Made by a program: the position numbers and the translations under genes | Part shown: positions 18,681 to 28,097 of the stretch, in pieces | Numbering within the stretch: position 1 is the first letter of the stretch | Layout of the letters: every line of letters starts with the position of its first letter | Source of the DNA: a bacterium | GTDB taxonomy: Bacteria > Patescibacteriota > Minisyncoccia > Phycocordibacterales > CAIZLB01 | NCBI GenBank assembly: GCA_037127815.1 | Contig: JBAXXP010000002.1 | Span: 142,943-206,942 of the forward strand | Reading direction: 5' to 3' | DNA length: 64,000 bases | Notes under the pieces: model-generated | Told to the model about the DNA's origin: nothing | The model's input: the letters and a program-made list of their open reading frames with translations, nothing else | Databases searched by the model: none

Positions 18681-19937
18681 TTAAACTCTAGTGACCGCCT
18701 CCACCACCATCTTCCCCGCCTTAATTACATCGGACTTTGTTGTGTATTTTCCTAGACTTATTCTTAGAGATGATTTAGAACAACCGTCCCCTGATACTTC
18801 TTGAACAACATATGAATATGAATCTTCAGAAAGTGTTCTACAACTTGTTACAGAAGAAACGCACAAGCCCATTGCATCCAATGTTACGACAAGAAACTCT
18901 GCGTCAATTTCTTTGATACAAATATTTAAATTATTAGGTAATCTTTGTCCTTCTTCTATTGTGCCATTTATTGTAAAAAACTCCCCCATTTTAGAATCGC
19001 CAATTTTTGATGACTTCAAATATTCCAAAAGCATATTACGAAGAACCTCAACCCTCGTAAATTCTTTTGTCTTTTCTTTTTCTGCTGTTTCAAGAGCTAA
19101 TGCAAAGCCTGCAATTCCCGGCACATTTTCTGTTCCGGCTCGTCTTCCATTTTCTTGACTACCACCATCTGTAATTGACTTAAAAGGAACAATTCTTTTT
19201 ACAAACAAAGCCCCTACTCCACGTGGTCCATAAATTTTTCCACCGTCCATTGTCATTAAATCAACATGAAGAGATGGAACTCTCATTGATAAATATTGAA
19301 CTGCTTGCGATGCATCACTGTGCAAAAACGGCATATCAAATTCTGTTCTACCAAGGCCTCGCTTATATTCTCTCAACTTTTTTCCAATCTGGGCTAGTGG
19401 CATAATTGTTCCAATTTCATTATTAGCATACATAACACTCACCAGTATAGTCTTTGGTTTTAATGCTTCAGAAATTTCTGATGCTTCAATAATTCCTTCT
19501 TCGTTTGGCGAGATTAGGGTTAATTCAATTTCTCCTTTTTTTTCTAAATTATTCAAAAGTTCTCTAATTGAAGGATGCTCAATTGTTGAACTAATTATAT
19601 GTGGAATTATAATATCCCCATTAATATCATTATTAATTTCACTATCCAGTCCATCAGCTTTTGTCTGTTCCGCTATATATCCTTTAATTACACCTTTAAT
19701 AGCTAAAGCATTTGATTCCGTTCCACCTGATGTAAAAATAATTTCATCAGCATGTACCTCAAGTGCTTTTGCAACTCGATTTCTACATGATTCTAAAAAA
19801 TTTAAAACCTCAACCCCCTCTTTATATAATGAAGATGGATTTGCAACATATTTTTGTGACACACGTAAAATTTCCTTCGATATTTTCTTATCGATAGGTG
19901 TAACTGACGCATAATCTAGATAAATTCTTTTGGACAT
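18681..19937 (-). CDS. Cysteine desulfurase (class V aminotransferase, IscS/NifS-like)
   Basis: MSKRIYLDYASVTP, SGGTESNALAIKG, HSDASQAVQYL, and a PLP-lysine region DGGKIYGPRGVGALFVKR. Confidence 0.85.
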   Translation of the reverse strand: MSKRIYLDYASVTPIDKKISKEILRVSQKYVANPSSLYKEGVEVLNFLESCRNRVAKALEVHADEIIFTSGGTESNALAIKGVIKGYIAEQTKADGLDSEINNDINGDIIIPHIISSTIEHPSIRELLNNLEKKGEIELTLISPNEEGIIEASEISEALKPKTILVSVMYANNEIGTIMPLAQIGKKLREYKRGLGRTEFDMPFLHSDASQAVQYLSMRVPSLHVDLMTMDGGKIYGPRGVGALFVKRIVPFKSITDGGSQENGRRAGTENVPGIAGFALALETAEKEKTKEFTRVEVLRNMLLEYLKSSKIGDSKMGEFFTINGTIEEGQRLPNNLNICIKEIDAEFLVVTLDAMGLCVSSVTSCRTLSEDSYSYVVQEVSGDGCSKSSLRISLGKYTTKSDVIKAGKMVVEAVTRV

Positions 19938-20001
19938 ATTTTTAACAAAAGGTTAATAACTACACTATACAAAAAAAGACTGATTCTGTATACTTTGTGT
20001 T

Positions 20002-20490
20002 ATGTTTTATTTAAGCGCTGATATATTGTCAATCGGACTAATTGCACTTTCTGTAGTCGTCCTGATTCTTCTAATAATGGTTATCGGAATACAAATGAGG
20101 TTAAAAAACCTTCTTAAAAGCGGAGCAAAATCAATTGAAGAAAGTATCACTTCAATGATTAAGCATATTGATGACCTAGAGGTCTTCAAAAAGGAATCTC
20201 AGGAGTACCTAACACTAGTTGAAAAACGCCTAAGAAATGGAATACAAGGAGTGGATACACTAAGATTCAATCCATTTAAAGGAACTGGATCTGGTGGAAA
20301 TCAAAGCTTTTCAACGGCTTTCATAAATGAACAAGGAGATGGAGTAGTTTTTTCAAGTCTATATTCAAGTGACAGAATGAGCGTTTTTGCAAAGCCAATT
20401 GAAAAATTCAAGTCAACATTCGAACTAACCGAAGAAGAAGCAAAATCAATTGCAATGGCGCATGACAGATTAGTGTCTCCAAAGGTTTAA
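20002..20490 (+). CDS. Hypothetical membrane protein
   Basis: N-terminal transmembrane helix followed by a soluble domain; no family recognised with confidence. Confidence 0.45.
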   Translation: MFYLSADILSIGLIALSVVVLILLIMVIGIQMRLKNLLKSGAKSIEESITSMIKHIDDLEVFKKESQEYLTLVEKRLRNGIQGVDTLRFNPFKGTGSGGNQSFSTAFINEQGDGVVFSSLYSSDRMSVFAKPIEKFKSTFELTEEEAKSIAMAHDRLVSPKV

Positions 20491-20545
20491 TCTTATCTGG
20501 AAGTAGTTTGCCAAATCCCTAAAAATATTATATATTAGGGTTTAA

Positions 20546-22126
20546 ATGGAAATTCAAACATCAGACTCTAGACCGCCGGTAGTTGTCGTAATGGGCCACA
20601 TTGACCACGGTAAATCAACACTTCTTGACTACATCAGAAAAACTAATGTGGTTGATAAAGAGGTGGGAGGAATTACACAAAGAATGTCAGCTTATGAAGT
20701 TGACCATACTGCCGTTGATGCTAATGGTAAGGAACAAAAAAAGACAATAGTATTTATTGATACTCCAGGTCATGAATCATTTAGCGCGATCAGAGCGCGT
20801 GGTGCAACAGCAGCAGACATTGCAATTCTTGTTGTATCAGCTGAAGACGGAGTTAAACCTCAAACACTAGATGCTCTTAAAGCAATCAAAGATGCAGGAC
20901 TTCCTTTCATTGTTGGAATCAGTAAAATCGATAAGCCAAACGCTGACATTGATAGAGTTAAGCTTTCCCTGGCAGAGAATGAAATCTATGTTGAAGGTTA
21001 TGGAGGCAGTATTCCATGGATAGCATTCTCTGGTAAGACAGGAGCTGGTGTTGATGAACTATTAGATTTAATTTTACTAACTGCAGAAGTTGATGAGATT
21101 AATGGAGATCCATTTGCTGAAGCAGAGTGTGTTGTTATTGAAGCAAATAGAGATAAAGTTAGAGGAGTTTCTGCAACACTAATTGTTAAGAATGGAACAC
21201 TTTACACTGGATCATTTATTGTTTCAGGAACAGCATTGTCTCCTGTTAGAATTATGGAAAACTTTCTAGGAAAGCCATTAAAAGAAGCTGGACCTTCTAC
21301 TCCAGTTAGAGTTGTTGGTTGGACAGCAGAGCCTGAGGTTGGTGGAGTATGCTTTACATTTGGAAGCAAAAAAACAGCTGAGGCTTATGTTGCAGAAGAA
21401 TTAATAAAAGCAAGAGAAAGATCTGAAGCTATTCAAAAGGTTCGTGTTATAGACAGAATTACAGCTACAAACAAAGCTAATGCTCTTGCTCATGAAAATG
21501 GTGAAGAGATTATTGATACAGTTGTTCTTCCTGTAATTATCAAAGCAGACACTTCAGGATCTGCGGAGGCTGTGAAGTATGAAATCGAAAATAAAATTAA
21601 AGTTCCTAATGTAGAAATTAGAATTATTGCGATGAGTATTGGAGATATTCTAGAAAAAGACGTCAAACTAGCTTCAGGAAAAGCTGGAACAGTTATTCTT
21701 GGATTCAACACAAAGATTGATAGTGGATCAAAGTCCATGGCGGACAAAAATGGAATTCATATAATGACATTCAATATCATTTACAAGATGACAGAATGGT
21801 TACAAGAATTTGCAGAAGAACATAGACCAAGAACTCAAATTGAAGAAACTAAAGGAATGATTAAGGTTCTTAAAATATTTAGCGCAAGCAAGGACAAACA
21901 AGTTCTTGGAGGAAGAGTTGAAACTGGAATGATTTCATTTAACGATGAAGTTAAAATTCTTAGACGCGATATTGAAATTGGTAGAGGTCGTGTTCGTGAA
22001 CTTCAACACCTTAAGGCTAAAATTGGTTCAGTTGAAGAAGGAAAAGAATTTGGAGCTATGGTTGAGTCAAAGGTTGAAATAACAGCTGGAGATAAATTGG
22101 AAACATTCCACAAAATCATAAAGTAA
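20546..22126 (+). CDS. infB: Translation initiation factor IF-2, short form lacking the N-terminal domains
   Basis: G domain GHIDHGKSTLLD, DTPGHESF, and SKIDK (compare NKID), followed by the beta-barrel and C-terminal domains. rbfA lies downstream. Confidence 0.9.
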   Translation: MEIQTSDSRPPVVVVMGHIDHGKSTLLDYIRKTNVVDKEVGGITQRMSAYEVDHTAVDANGKEQKKTIVFIDTPGHESFSAIRARGATAADIAILVVSAEDGVKPQTLDALKAIKDAGLPFIVGISKIDKPNADIDRVKLSLAENEIYVEGYGGSIPWIAFSGKTGAGVDELLDLILLTAEVDEINGDPFAEAECVVIEANRDKVRGVSATLIVKNGTLYTGSFIVSGTALSPVRIMENFLGKPLKEAGPSTPVRVVGWTAEPEVGGVCFTFGSKKTAEAYVAEELIKARERSEAIQKVRVIDRITATNKANALAHENGEEIIDTVVLPVIIKADTSGSAEAVKYEIENKIKVPNVEIRIIAMSIGDILEKDVKLASGKAGTVILGFNTKIDSGSKSMADKNGIHIMTFNIIYKMTEWLQEFAEEHRPRTQIEETKGMIKVLKIFSASKDKQVLGGRVETGMISFNDEVKILRRDIEIGRGRVRELQHLKAKIGSVEEGKEFGAMVESKVEITAGDKLETFHKIIK

Positions 22127-22130
22127 TACT

Positions 22131-22162
22131 TTGGGGTCAGGCACCATGGTGCCTGACCCCAA
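22131..22162. repeat. Copy 3 of the 32-bp palindromic element (perfect)
   Basis: Lies between the infB stop (22126) and the rbfA ATG (22172). Confidence 0.9.
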
Positions 22163-22171
22163 CAAAAAAAC

Positions 22172-22510
22172 ATGAAATCTAAAGCAATAATAAAACCACA
22201 TAGAGACGAAAGGGCTATTCATATCATTAAAGAATTGGCTATGGAGTTTATGTCACGTGAAGCAAACAGAACATCTCTTGTTACTGTTACTAATGTCATT
22301 CTTGGCGATAGAGCTAAGAAAGCAACAATCCTTCTTAGTGTTTTACCAGAAGATAAAGGCCCAGTTGTTGAAGAATTTGCTAATAGAAAATGTAAGGAGT
22401 TCAGAAGTTATGTAAAAGCTAAGTCAAAGCTAGGTATTATACCCTTCTTTGATTTCAAAATAGACTTTGGTGAATTGAATAGACAGAATATTGACAGGAT
22501 GCTAAAATAG
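22172..22510 (+). CDS. rbfA: Ribosome-binding factor A
   Basis: Conserved infB-rbfA synteny. TSLVTVTNVILGDRAKKATILLSVLP and LGIIPFFDFKID match the RbfA KH-like fold motifs. Confidence 0.7.
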   Translation: MKSKAIIKPHRDERAIHIIKELAMEFMSREANRTSLVTVTNVILGDRAKKATILLSVLPEDKGPVVEEFANRKCKEFRSYVKAKSKLGIIPFFDFKIDFGELNRQNIDRMLK

Positions 22511-22567
22511 CAAAATGTCAGGGTTAGATTTGGTTGAATAAGACTAAATATAGGACAGTGACGGTTT

Positions 22568-22640
22568 GGCGTAGTGGCGAAGTGGTTAACGCGGCGATTT
22601 GCAAAATCGTTATGCGCCGGTTCGATCCCGGCCTACGCCT
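22568..22640 (+). tRNA. tRNA-Cys (anticodon GCA)
   Basis: GGCGTAGTGGCGAAGTGGTTAACGCGGCGATTTGCAAAATCGTTATGCGCCGGTTCGATCCCGGCCTACGCCT. Anticodon loop TTGCAAA. A perfect 8-bp hairpin ATGTAAAA-TTTG-TTTTACAT follows at 22642..22663. Confidence 0.85.
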
Positions 22641-22682
22641 CATGTAAAATTTGTTTTACATATTTCCGTACAAAATCTTTAA

Positions 22683-23177
22683 ATGAGAAAAAGAAAATGG
22701 TCAAAAGATCAACTTATCAAGTCAGTTTCCGAATCTACAAGCTATAGGCAGGTTCTGAAAAAACTTGCATTAGTTGAGGCTGGAGGAAATTATACTCAAA
22801 TAAAGAAATATGTTTTGGAATACAATGTTTCGATAGCACATTTTACAGGTAGAGGGTGGAGCAAGGGTAAAAAATTTTCTGATAAGACACCTTTAATTCC
22901 AACTAAAGATATTCTTGTAGTAAACAGCACATTTCAAAGTCACAAACTTAAAAAGCGTTTATTTAAAGAAGGCTTAAAGGAAAAGAAATGTGAGATATGT
23001 GGTTGGAACAAAACAACAGCCGAAGGAAGATTACCTTTAGAACTAGACCATATAAATGGTGATAATATGGACAATAGAATATCTAATTTGCAGATACTTT
23101 GCCCAAATTGTCATAGTTTGCAGCCTACTCATAGAGGATTGAATAAAAATAAAAAAGCTCGGGTGGTGGAATGGTAG
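22683..23177 (+). CDS. HNH endonuclease (free-standing, homing-endonuclease-like)
   Basis: HNH motif CEICGWNK...LELDHINGDNMDNRISNLQILCPNCH. The gene is inserted between tRNA-Cys and tRNA-Leu, and its last 21 nt overlap tRNA-Leu. Confidence 0.75.
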   Translation: MRKRKWSKDQLIKSVSESTSYRQVLKKLALVEAGGNYTQIKKYVLEYNVSIAHFTGRGWSKGKKFSDKTPLIPTKDILVVNSTFQSHKLKKRLFKEGLKEKKCEICGWNKTTAEGRLPLELDHINGDNMDNRISNLQILCPNCHSLQPTHRGLNKNKKARVVEW

Positions 23178-23239
23178 ACACGCGACACTTAAAATGTCGT
23201 AGGCGTAAGCCTGTGTGGGTTCGAGTCCCGCCCCGAGCA
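23157..23239 (+). tRNA. tRNA-Leu (anticodon TAA)
   Basis: GCTCGGGTGGTGGAATGGTAGACACGCGACACTTAAAATGTCGTAGGCGTAAGCCTGTGTGGGTTCGAGTCCCGCCCCGAGCA. Anticodon loop CTTAAAA and a long variable arm. Confidence 0.85.
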
Positions 23240-23457
23240 CAAAGTCGGAAAAAACAAAAATACACATCAATAACCAGATGTGTATTTTTGTTTACATAAC
23301 TTACTTGATTTTGACGCTATTCTACATCATATATTACAGAATGGCTCATATTAGCCTTATTTTTGGTAAAAAACTTGACACATCGTCAAAAATAGATTAC
23401 AAGTAATAAGGACCGAGTACACAACTGTCGGTGCTAAGTGAACCATAAAAAAGACTG

Positions 23458-24084
23458 ATGATACATATAAAGAAAGTTGCTATTTTTGCAGCATTCATCA
23501 CTATAATCCCATTTGGCACTACCAACGCCAAGGGTGATGGAGAAAACAAAAATCACAACAGAGATAGGGATTGTAATAGGTTGGAATTGTGCTACATGGA
23601 GGTCTGCGTGACCAAGTATCACAAGTCTGAACCTCACTGCGATCCAGGTACATTGAATGGAGATTCCAAAACGGGCGTTAAACTCCGTGAAGGAAACTCC
23701 AAGGTTATTGGGACAATCGCAACTGACCCCAGGGTCATACCGTTTGGCTCACTCGTTCTGATGACTACAAAGAAAGGGGTCACAAACCTCTATCTCGCTG
23801 TGGATATTGGAGGAGCAGTAACCGCCAGAAGAGCATCACGTCAACTTGCGAAGCAAGATGGACTAGGAAAGGAATGGGCTACCCGCCCAGTGATCGATGT
23901 ATATTCATCACGAGAGATTATCAGCAACTGGTCAACAGTTATGATAGTCAAAGCCGCCCCATTGGGAAAGCTGAAAGACTCGGAGTTGAGGCCGCGTTTG
24001 AAAGAACGCATGTACACCGGATACTGGATGTCCAGAGGGCTTGAGCTGCCCGATAAGAAGCAGTTCATGGCCTATAACAAATAA
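23458..24084 (+). CDS. Secreted 3D-domain protein (MltA / lytic transglycosylase-like)
   Basis: Signal peptide. CVTKYH...DPGT...NGDSKTG...GTIATDPRVIPFGSLV...AVDIGGAV matches the 3D (Asp-rich) domain pattern. Confidence 0.65.
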   Translation: MIHIKKVAIFAAFITIIPFGTTNAKGDGENKNHNRDRDCNRLELCYMEVCVTKYHKSEPHCDPGTLNGDSKTGVKLREGNSKVIGTIATDPRVIPFGSLVLMTTKKGVTNLYLAVDIGGAVTARRASRQLAKQDGLGKEWATRPVIDVYSSREIISNWSTVMIVKAAPLGKLKDSELRPRLKERMYTGYWMSRGLELPDKKQFMAYNK

Positions 24085-24100
24085 GATTGTAACCCCTGAT

Positions 24101-24138
24101 GGGGCTTGCGGCATCTGCCGCAAGCCCCATCTTTTTTT
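24101..24138 (+). terminator. Rho-independent terminator
   Basis: GGGGCTTGCGGCATCTGCCGCAAGCCCC hairpin followed by a T7 run. Confidence 0.8.
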
Positions 24139-24157
24139 ATTAAACCTAATTCAGACG

Positions 24158-25237
24158 TTAGAGAAATCGCAAAAATAAACTTATAACAGGAAACAAGACA
24201 TAATCAAACCACTTCATTTTACATGAACCTGGATCAAAAAAAACTGATTCTTTTTTCCATACATCAATTATTTTCGTGATTTTCAAGATTGCATGAGGAT
24301 CTTTAAAGAAAATGCCAATCTCGGAGTTAAATTCAAATGATAAGAAATCCAAATTATTTGATCCAATAATTGCATCCTTAGAATCAATAACCATAATTTT
24401 TGCATGATTCATTTTTGGCTCCAGATAAAACTTTATTCCGAGTTTAGAGAGCTTACACATATAATAGTAATTAATTCTATCTATAACATAATGATCAGTG
24501 TCTCTTGGTACTAAAATTTCAACATTAACACCCCGAAGATGTGCCTGGTGGAGCAAGCCAATAAACCATCGCTTTGGTATAAGATACGGGGTTAAAAGAA
24601 CTATGTCCTTTTTAGCTTTCGATAAATGATTTGTGTAAATCTTTTTTAGACGAAATCTATTCTTCACAGGCGAATGCTCTATAATCCAATCGTGCATTTT
24701 CTTTCTGATTCTAGGAATTTTTCTATGAACATTATTCCTTTTACTAAGCGAAATAATGGATTGATCAAGACCTCCGCACTCTACATAAGACTTTGCAAAA
24801 GATCTAATTATAACAGATACCAACTTTCCTTTTGATTGCACAACTAAATCGTTCCAAAGCGATGAGCTTTGCTGAAAATTTACACCTCCAATAAAAGCTA
24901 CTTGTTCATCGACAATCAAAATTTTTCTATGTGTTCTGTGGAAAAGATAACTTAGAAAGAATATCTCTGCCCCTGATTCTCTAATTTCCATTACTGCTTT
25001 TTTACTCAAATTTGAACTTCCAAATGAATCTAAAATTATTCTAACTCTCAAACCTTCTGAGGCTTTTTGTTTTATTAACTTCAAAAAATCAAACTCCACC
25101 ATCCCATCCTGAAAAATATACATCTCGAGATATACAGATTTTTTAGCAACAGAAATAGCATTAAACATTGCTTGCCATGACTTCTGAGAATTAGCGAAGA
25201 ATTTGTAACGCATATTAATGTTTATATTATACCTCAA
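24158..25237 (-). CDS. Phospholipase D family protein / cardiolipin-synthase-like
   Basis: Two HKD motifs: HRKILIVDEQVAFIGGVNF and HAKIMVIDSKDAIIGSNNLD. Confidence 0.8.
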   Translation of the reverse strand: MRYNININMRYKFFANSQKSWQAMFNAISVAKKSVYLEMYIFQDGMVEFDFLKLIKQKASEGLRVRIILDSFGSSNLSKKAVMEIRESGAEIFFLSYLFHRTHRKILIVDEQVAFIGGVNFQQSSSLWNDLVVQSKGKLVSVIIRSFAKSYVECGGLDQSIISLSKRNNVHRKIPRIRKKMHDWIIEHSPVKNRFRLKKIYTNHLSKAKKDIVLLTPYLIPKRWFIGLLHQAHLRGVNVEILVPRDTDHYVIDRINYYYMCKLSKLGIKFYLEPKMNHAKIMVIDSKDAIIGSNNLDFLSFEFNSEIGIFFKDPHAILKITKIIDVWKKESVFFDPGSCKMKWFDYVLFPVISLFLRFL

Positions 25238-25262
25238 ATAGCAAATATGCTACAATATCGTT

Positions 25263-25664
25263 ATGAAAAAAGGATATAAAGAAAACATAGAAAAAGAAAC
25301 ATTAGAAAATATTAATTTTAGAAAAGTGCTTTATACAGGCGCTCATATGCAATTAGTGCTTATGTCACTTAAACCAAGTGAAGACATTGGCCTTGAAGTT
25401 CATACTGAAAATGACCAATTTTTCCGTTTTGAAAAGGGACATGGAAAAGTAATTGTTGGTGAGACTGAATATGAAGTAGCGGATGGTGATGTAATAATCG
25501 TTCCTTCAAATACTCAACACAATATTATTAATACCTCAGATACAGAAGACTTAAAAATGTACACAATCTACTCTCCTGCTCATCACAAAGATGGTGTCGT
25601 AAGATTAACCAAGGAGGAAGCGGAAAAAGACGGACCAGAATTTGATGGTGTTTTAAGTGAGTAA
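25263..25664 (+). CDS. Cupin-domain protein
   Basis: Cupin motifs: HTENDQFFRFEKGHG and a second metal-binding site, DGDVIIVPSNTQHNI. Confidence 0.65.
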   Translation: MKKGYKENIEKETLENINFRKVLYTGAHMQLVLMSLKPSEDIGLEVHTENDQFFRFEKGHGKVIVGETEYEVADGDVIIVPSNTQHNIINTSDTEDLKMYTIYSPAHHKDGVVRLTKEEAEKDGPEFDGVLSE

Positions 25665-25678
25665 TTAAAAATATTCAA

Positions 25679-26875
25679 GTGTCTGTAGTAACAAACGATG
25701 CGATGGCGGACAACCATCATAAACCTTTATATTTTGAAAATCTTGATGGACTTAGGTTCATAGCTTTTTTTGCTGTCTTTATTTCTCATGCATCGTTATT
25801 TCTAGGGTATGACAATAATTCTTATTTTTATCAGCTATTTAAAAAGTATATTCTAGTAAATGGAGATGTTGGCGTATCATTTTTCTTTGTACTTTCTGGT
25901 TTTTTGATTACCTACCTATTGATTAGAGAAAAAGATAATAATGGTAAGGTATCTTTGAAAAGTTTCTATCTTAAAAGAATTCTTAGAATATGGCCGGTGT
26001 ATTTCACAACTCTTATTGTTGGTTTTTTTATATTACCAGTAATAGCGCGCTTAATTATTGGCTCTGAAAGTTTTGTTTTTCTGATGAACCCATTGTTCTC
26101 AGTACTACCTAACTATATATTTTTTCTTGCTAACTTCAATGGCGCTTTGAGTACTAATGTGCCAACAGCTGTTCTTTGGTCAGTATCAGTTGAAGAGCAA
26201 TTCTATCTAGTTTGGCCATTTGTAATAGCTTTTCTTCCCAGGAAACATCTATTGAAATTCCTAAGCACTATTATTTTAATATCGTGTTTATATAGATATT
26301 TTTATGCTTTTTTTCCAGACATGATATCATATTCGACATTTTCTGTTATGTCCGATTTAGCAGTTGGATCAGTTTTAGCATACTTACTTTATACTAAAAA
26401 TAATTTAATGGATGGTTTATTTTCTAAGATCAAAGTTGCTCCAAAAAAAATCATTGCTTTACTGTATACATTTTTAATACTAATTATAGCAGGAAGACAT
26501 TATGCTACTGACGCATTAATTTCTCATTCTATTTTTTACAGCCTTTTTGTTTCGATATTTCCTCTAATCCTAGCCTCTACCTATGCACTTATAATTTTTG
26601 AGCAGAATGAATCAAGTGGATCAATTTTTAAAATCGGGAGATCAAAAATACTTACCTCGCTTGGAAAGATTTCTTATGGATTATATTCATATCACATGAT
26701 TGCATTTGTTATAGTACTGCTTTCTATGTATTGCTTCGGAATCGATATATGGCACATGTCCATTATCAATTGGTTCATATCTATGGGGCTATCATTGACT
26801 ACCGTGTACGTGCTAGCAACGCTTTCATATTATGGAATGGAAAAATATTTCTTGAGTAAAAAGCCAAAACATTGA
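25679..26875 (+). CDS. Acyltransferase family 3 (OafA/YrhL-like) integral membrane protein
   Basis: FENLDGLRFIAFFAVFISH N-terminal motif and roughly 10 transmembrane segments. Confidence 0.8.
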   Translation: MSVVTNDAMADNHHKPLYFENLDGLRFIAFFAVFISHASLFLGYDNNSYFYQLFKKYILVNGDVGVSFFFVLSGFLITYLLIREKDNNGKVSLKSFYLKRILRIWPVYFTTLIVGFFILPVIARLIIGSESFVFLMNPLFSVLPNYIFFLANFNGALSTNVPTAVLWSVSVEEQFYLVWPFVIAFLPRKHLLKFLSTIILISCLYRYFYAFFPDMISYSTFSVMSDLAVGSVLAYLLYTKNNLMDGLFSKIKVAPKKIIALLYTFLILIIAGRHYATDALISHSIFYSLFVSIFPLILASTYALIIFEQNESSGSIFKIGRSKILTSLGKISYGLYSYHMIAFVIVLLSMYCFGIDIWHMSIINWFISMGLSLTTVYVLATLSYYGMEKYFLSKKPKH

Positions 26876-26935
26876 TTTTTCTGACATAATTTTATATACT
26901 AGTCAAGGCTAAGAAAACCAACAAAGGAGCACTTT

Positions 26936-27325
26936 ATGAAGGAAATTTATGCAGAATTTGACCCAACGCTGTATAACCTCAAACAGATTATTCAGGCACT
27001 TACCTGCCCCATTAATCGACATGCGACATGCGTCGAGCATGGATGTGACGAATGGGAACTACAGAAACACCCAGAATGGCTGATTGAGCATTACATAAAA
27101 TATGGAGGAGCGGTTGCTTTTGATAAAAAACGCAAAGAATTTGAGAAAGGATGTGATTTCTACAATAACTGCCTTTTGGCAAATTGGTGTAAGCTTGCAA
27201 GTATGCAATCTAATCACATGAAATGCCCCCTCAAAGTGATTACCGACGGGCGAGTTCATCTTCATGGACTTGCTTGTATTAACGCTGACGTTGATGACGC
27301 TGGCACAAACAACTTTCAGATATAA
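26936..27325 (+). CDS. Cys/His-rich hypothetical protein
   Basis: 129-aa ORF with Cys clusters (CPINRHATCVEHGC, CDFYNNCLLANWC, CPL...HLHGLAC). GC is above background. No family recognised. Confidence 0.4.
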   Translation: MKEIYAEFDPTLYNLKQIIQALTCPINRHATCVEHGCDEWELQKHPEWLIEHYIKYGGAVAFDKKRKEFEKGCDFYNNCLLANWCKLASMQSNHMKCPLKVITDGRVHLHGLACINADVDDAGTNNFQI

Positions 27326-27358
27326 CGCCTAGTGCGGGAAATCTACAAACCCAAAAAT

Positions 27359-27393
27359 GCCCGGCAGACCCATGGTCTGCCGGGCATAAATTT
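27359..27393 (-). terminator. Terminator serving mainly the minus-strand gene 27400..27951
   Basis: GCCCGGCAGACC-CATG-GGTCTGCCGGGC hairpin; on the minus strand it is followed by TTTTTGGGTTT. Confidence 0.6.
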
Positions 27394-27399
27394 ACCATT

Positions 27400-27951
27400 T
27401 TACAATATCTTCATTATCTCATCCTCAATATTTGAATTATAATTATGTCCCGCATTTTTTACCCTAACAACATCTACACCTTTTTTTTCTAAACTATTTA
27501 CGATTCTTTTATCACACAAGTATCTATCTTTTTCACCCATAATTATTGTTATTTTATCATGTGGTACGATATTTATAATATCTACAACAGGAATACTAAA
27601 TAATTTCATTGCTTTATAAAAAGCAGGTACAGCAAATAACATTAATTTAATTCTTTTAACAGGACTTCTTACCCCTTCAAATATAATATATTTAGACCAC
27701 CGAATAAATATATTATCTTTTACAAATACAGGATTGATTAGAATAATCCTAAAATTTCTATATATATTCCAATTATACAAAAGCGCCACTGAACCAAGAC
27801 TGTGAGCAATCACAGTATCTGCATCAATTCTTTCATCAAGATTAATTTCATTATCCCAAATATCAAGATTATTTTTAAAACCATATATTTCCCCTATATC
27901 CATCCAACCCGGTATGTAAAAAATTCTTTTATTTTCTTTCAGTTTCTCCAT
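27400..27951 (-). CDS. Putative alpha/beta-hydrolase-fold protein
   Basis: Nucleophile-elbow-like AHSLGS and a C-terminal AGHNY (candidate catalytic His). No specific family recognised. Confidence 0.45.
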   Translation of the reverse strand: MEKLKENKRIFYIPGWMDIGEIYGFKNNLDIWDNEINLDERIDADTVIAHSLGSVALLYNWNIYRNFRIILINPVFVKDNIFIRWSKYIIFEGVRSPVKRIKLMLFAVPAFYKAMKLFSIPVVDIINIVPHDKITIIMGEKDRYLCDKRIVNSLEKKGVDVVRVKNAGHNYNSNIEDEIMKIL

Positions 27952-27982
27952 GATTGTAATTATATCATATTGATTTTATATC

Positions 27983-28037
27983 GGGGTCAGGTAGCACTAG
28001 TATTTGTATTGTCATAAGTCACTACCGTGCCTAACCT
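27983..28037. repeat. Degenerate, disrupted copy of the palindromic element
   Basis: GGGGTCAGGTAGCAC ... about 25 nt ... TACCGTGCCTAACC. The arms resemble GGGGTCAGGCACCA / TGGTGCCTGACCCC with several substitutions and an internal insertion. Confidence 0.3.
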
Positions 28038-28085
28038 AAAAAAAAGGCCGCATGCGAGTAAACTCGCATGCGGCCCCATATCAAA
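28038..28085 (-). terminator. Strong rho-independent terminator for the minus-strand flavoprotein gene
   Basis: GGCCGCATGCGAG-TAAA-CTCGCATGCGGCC hairpin followed on the minus strand by a T8 run. Confidence 0.8.
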
Positions 28086-28097
28086 ACTACCAACAAA

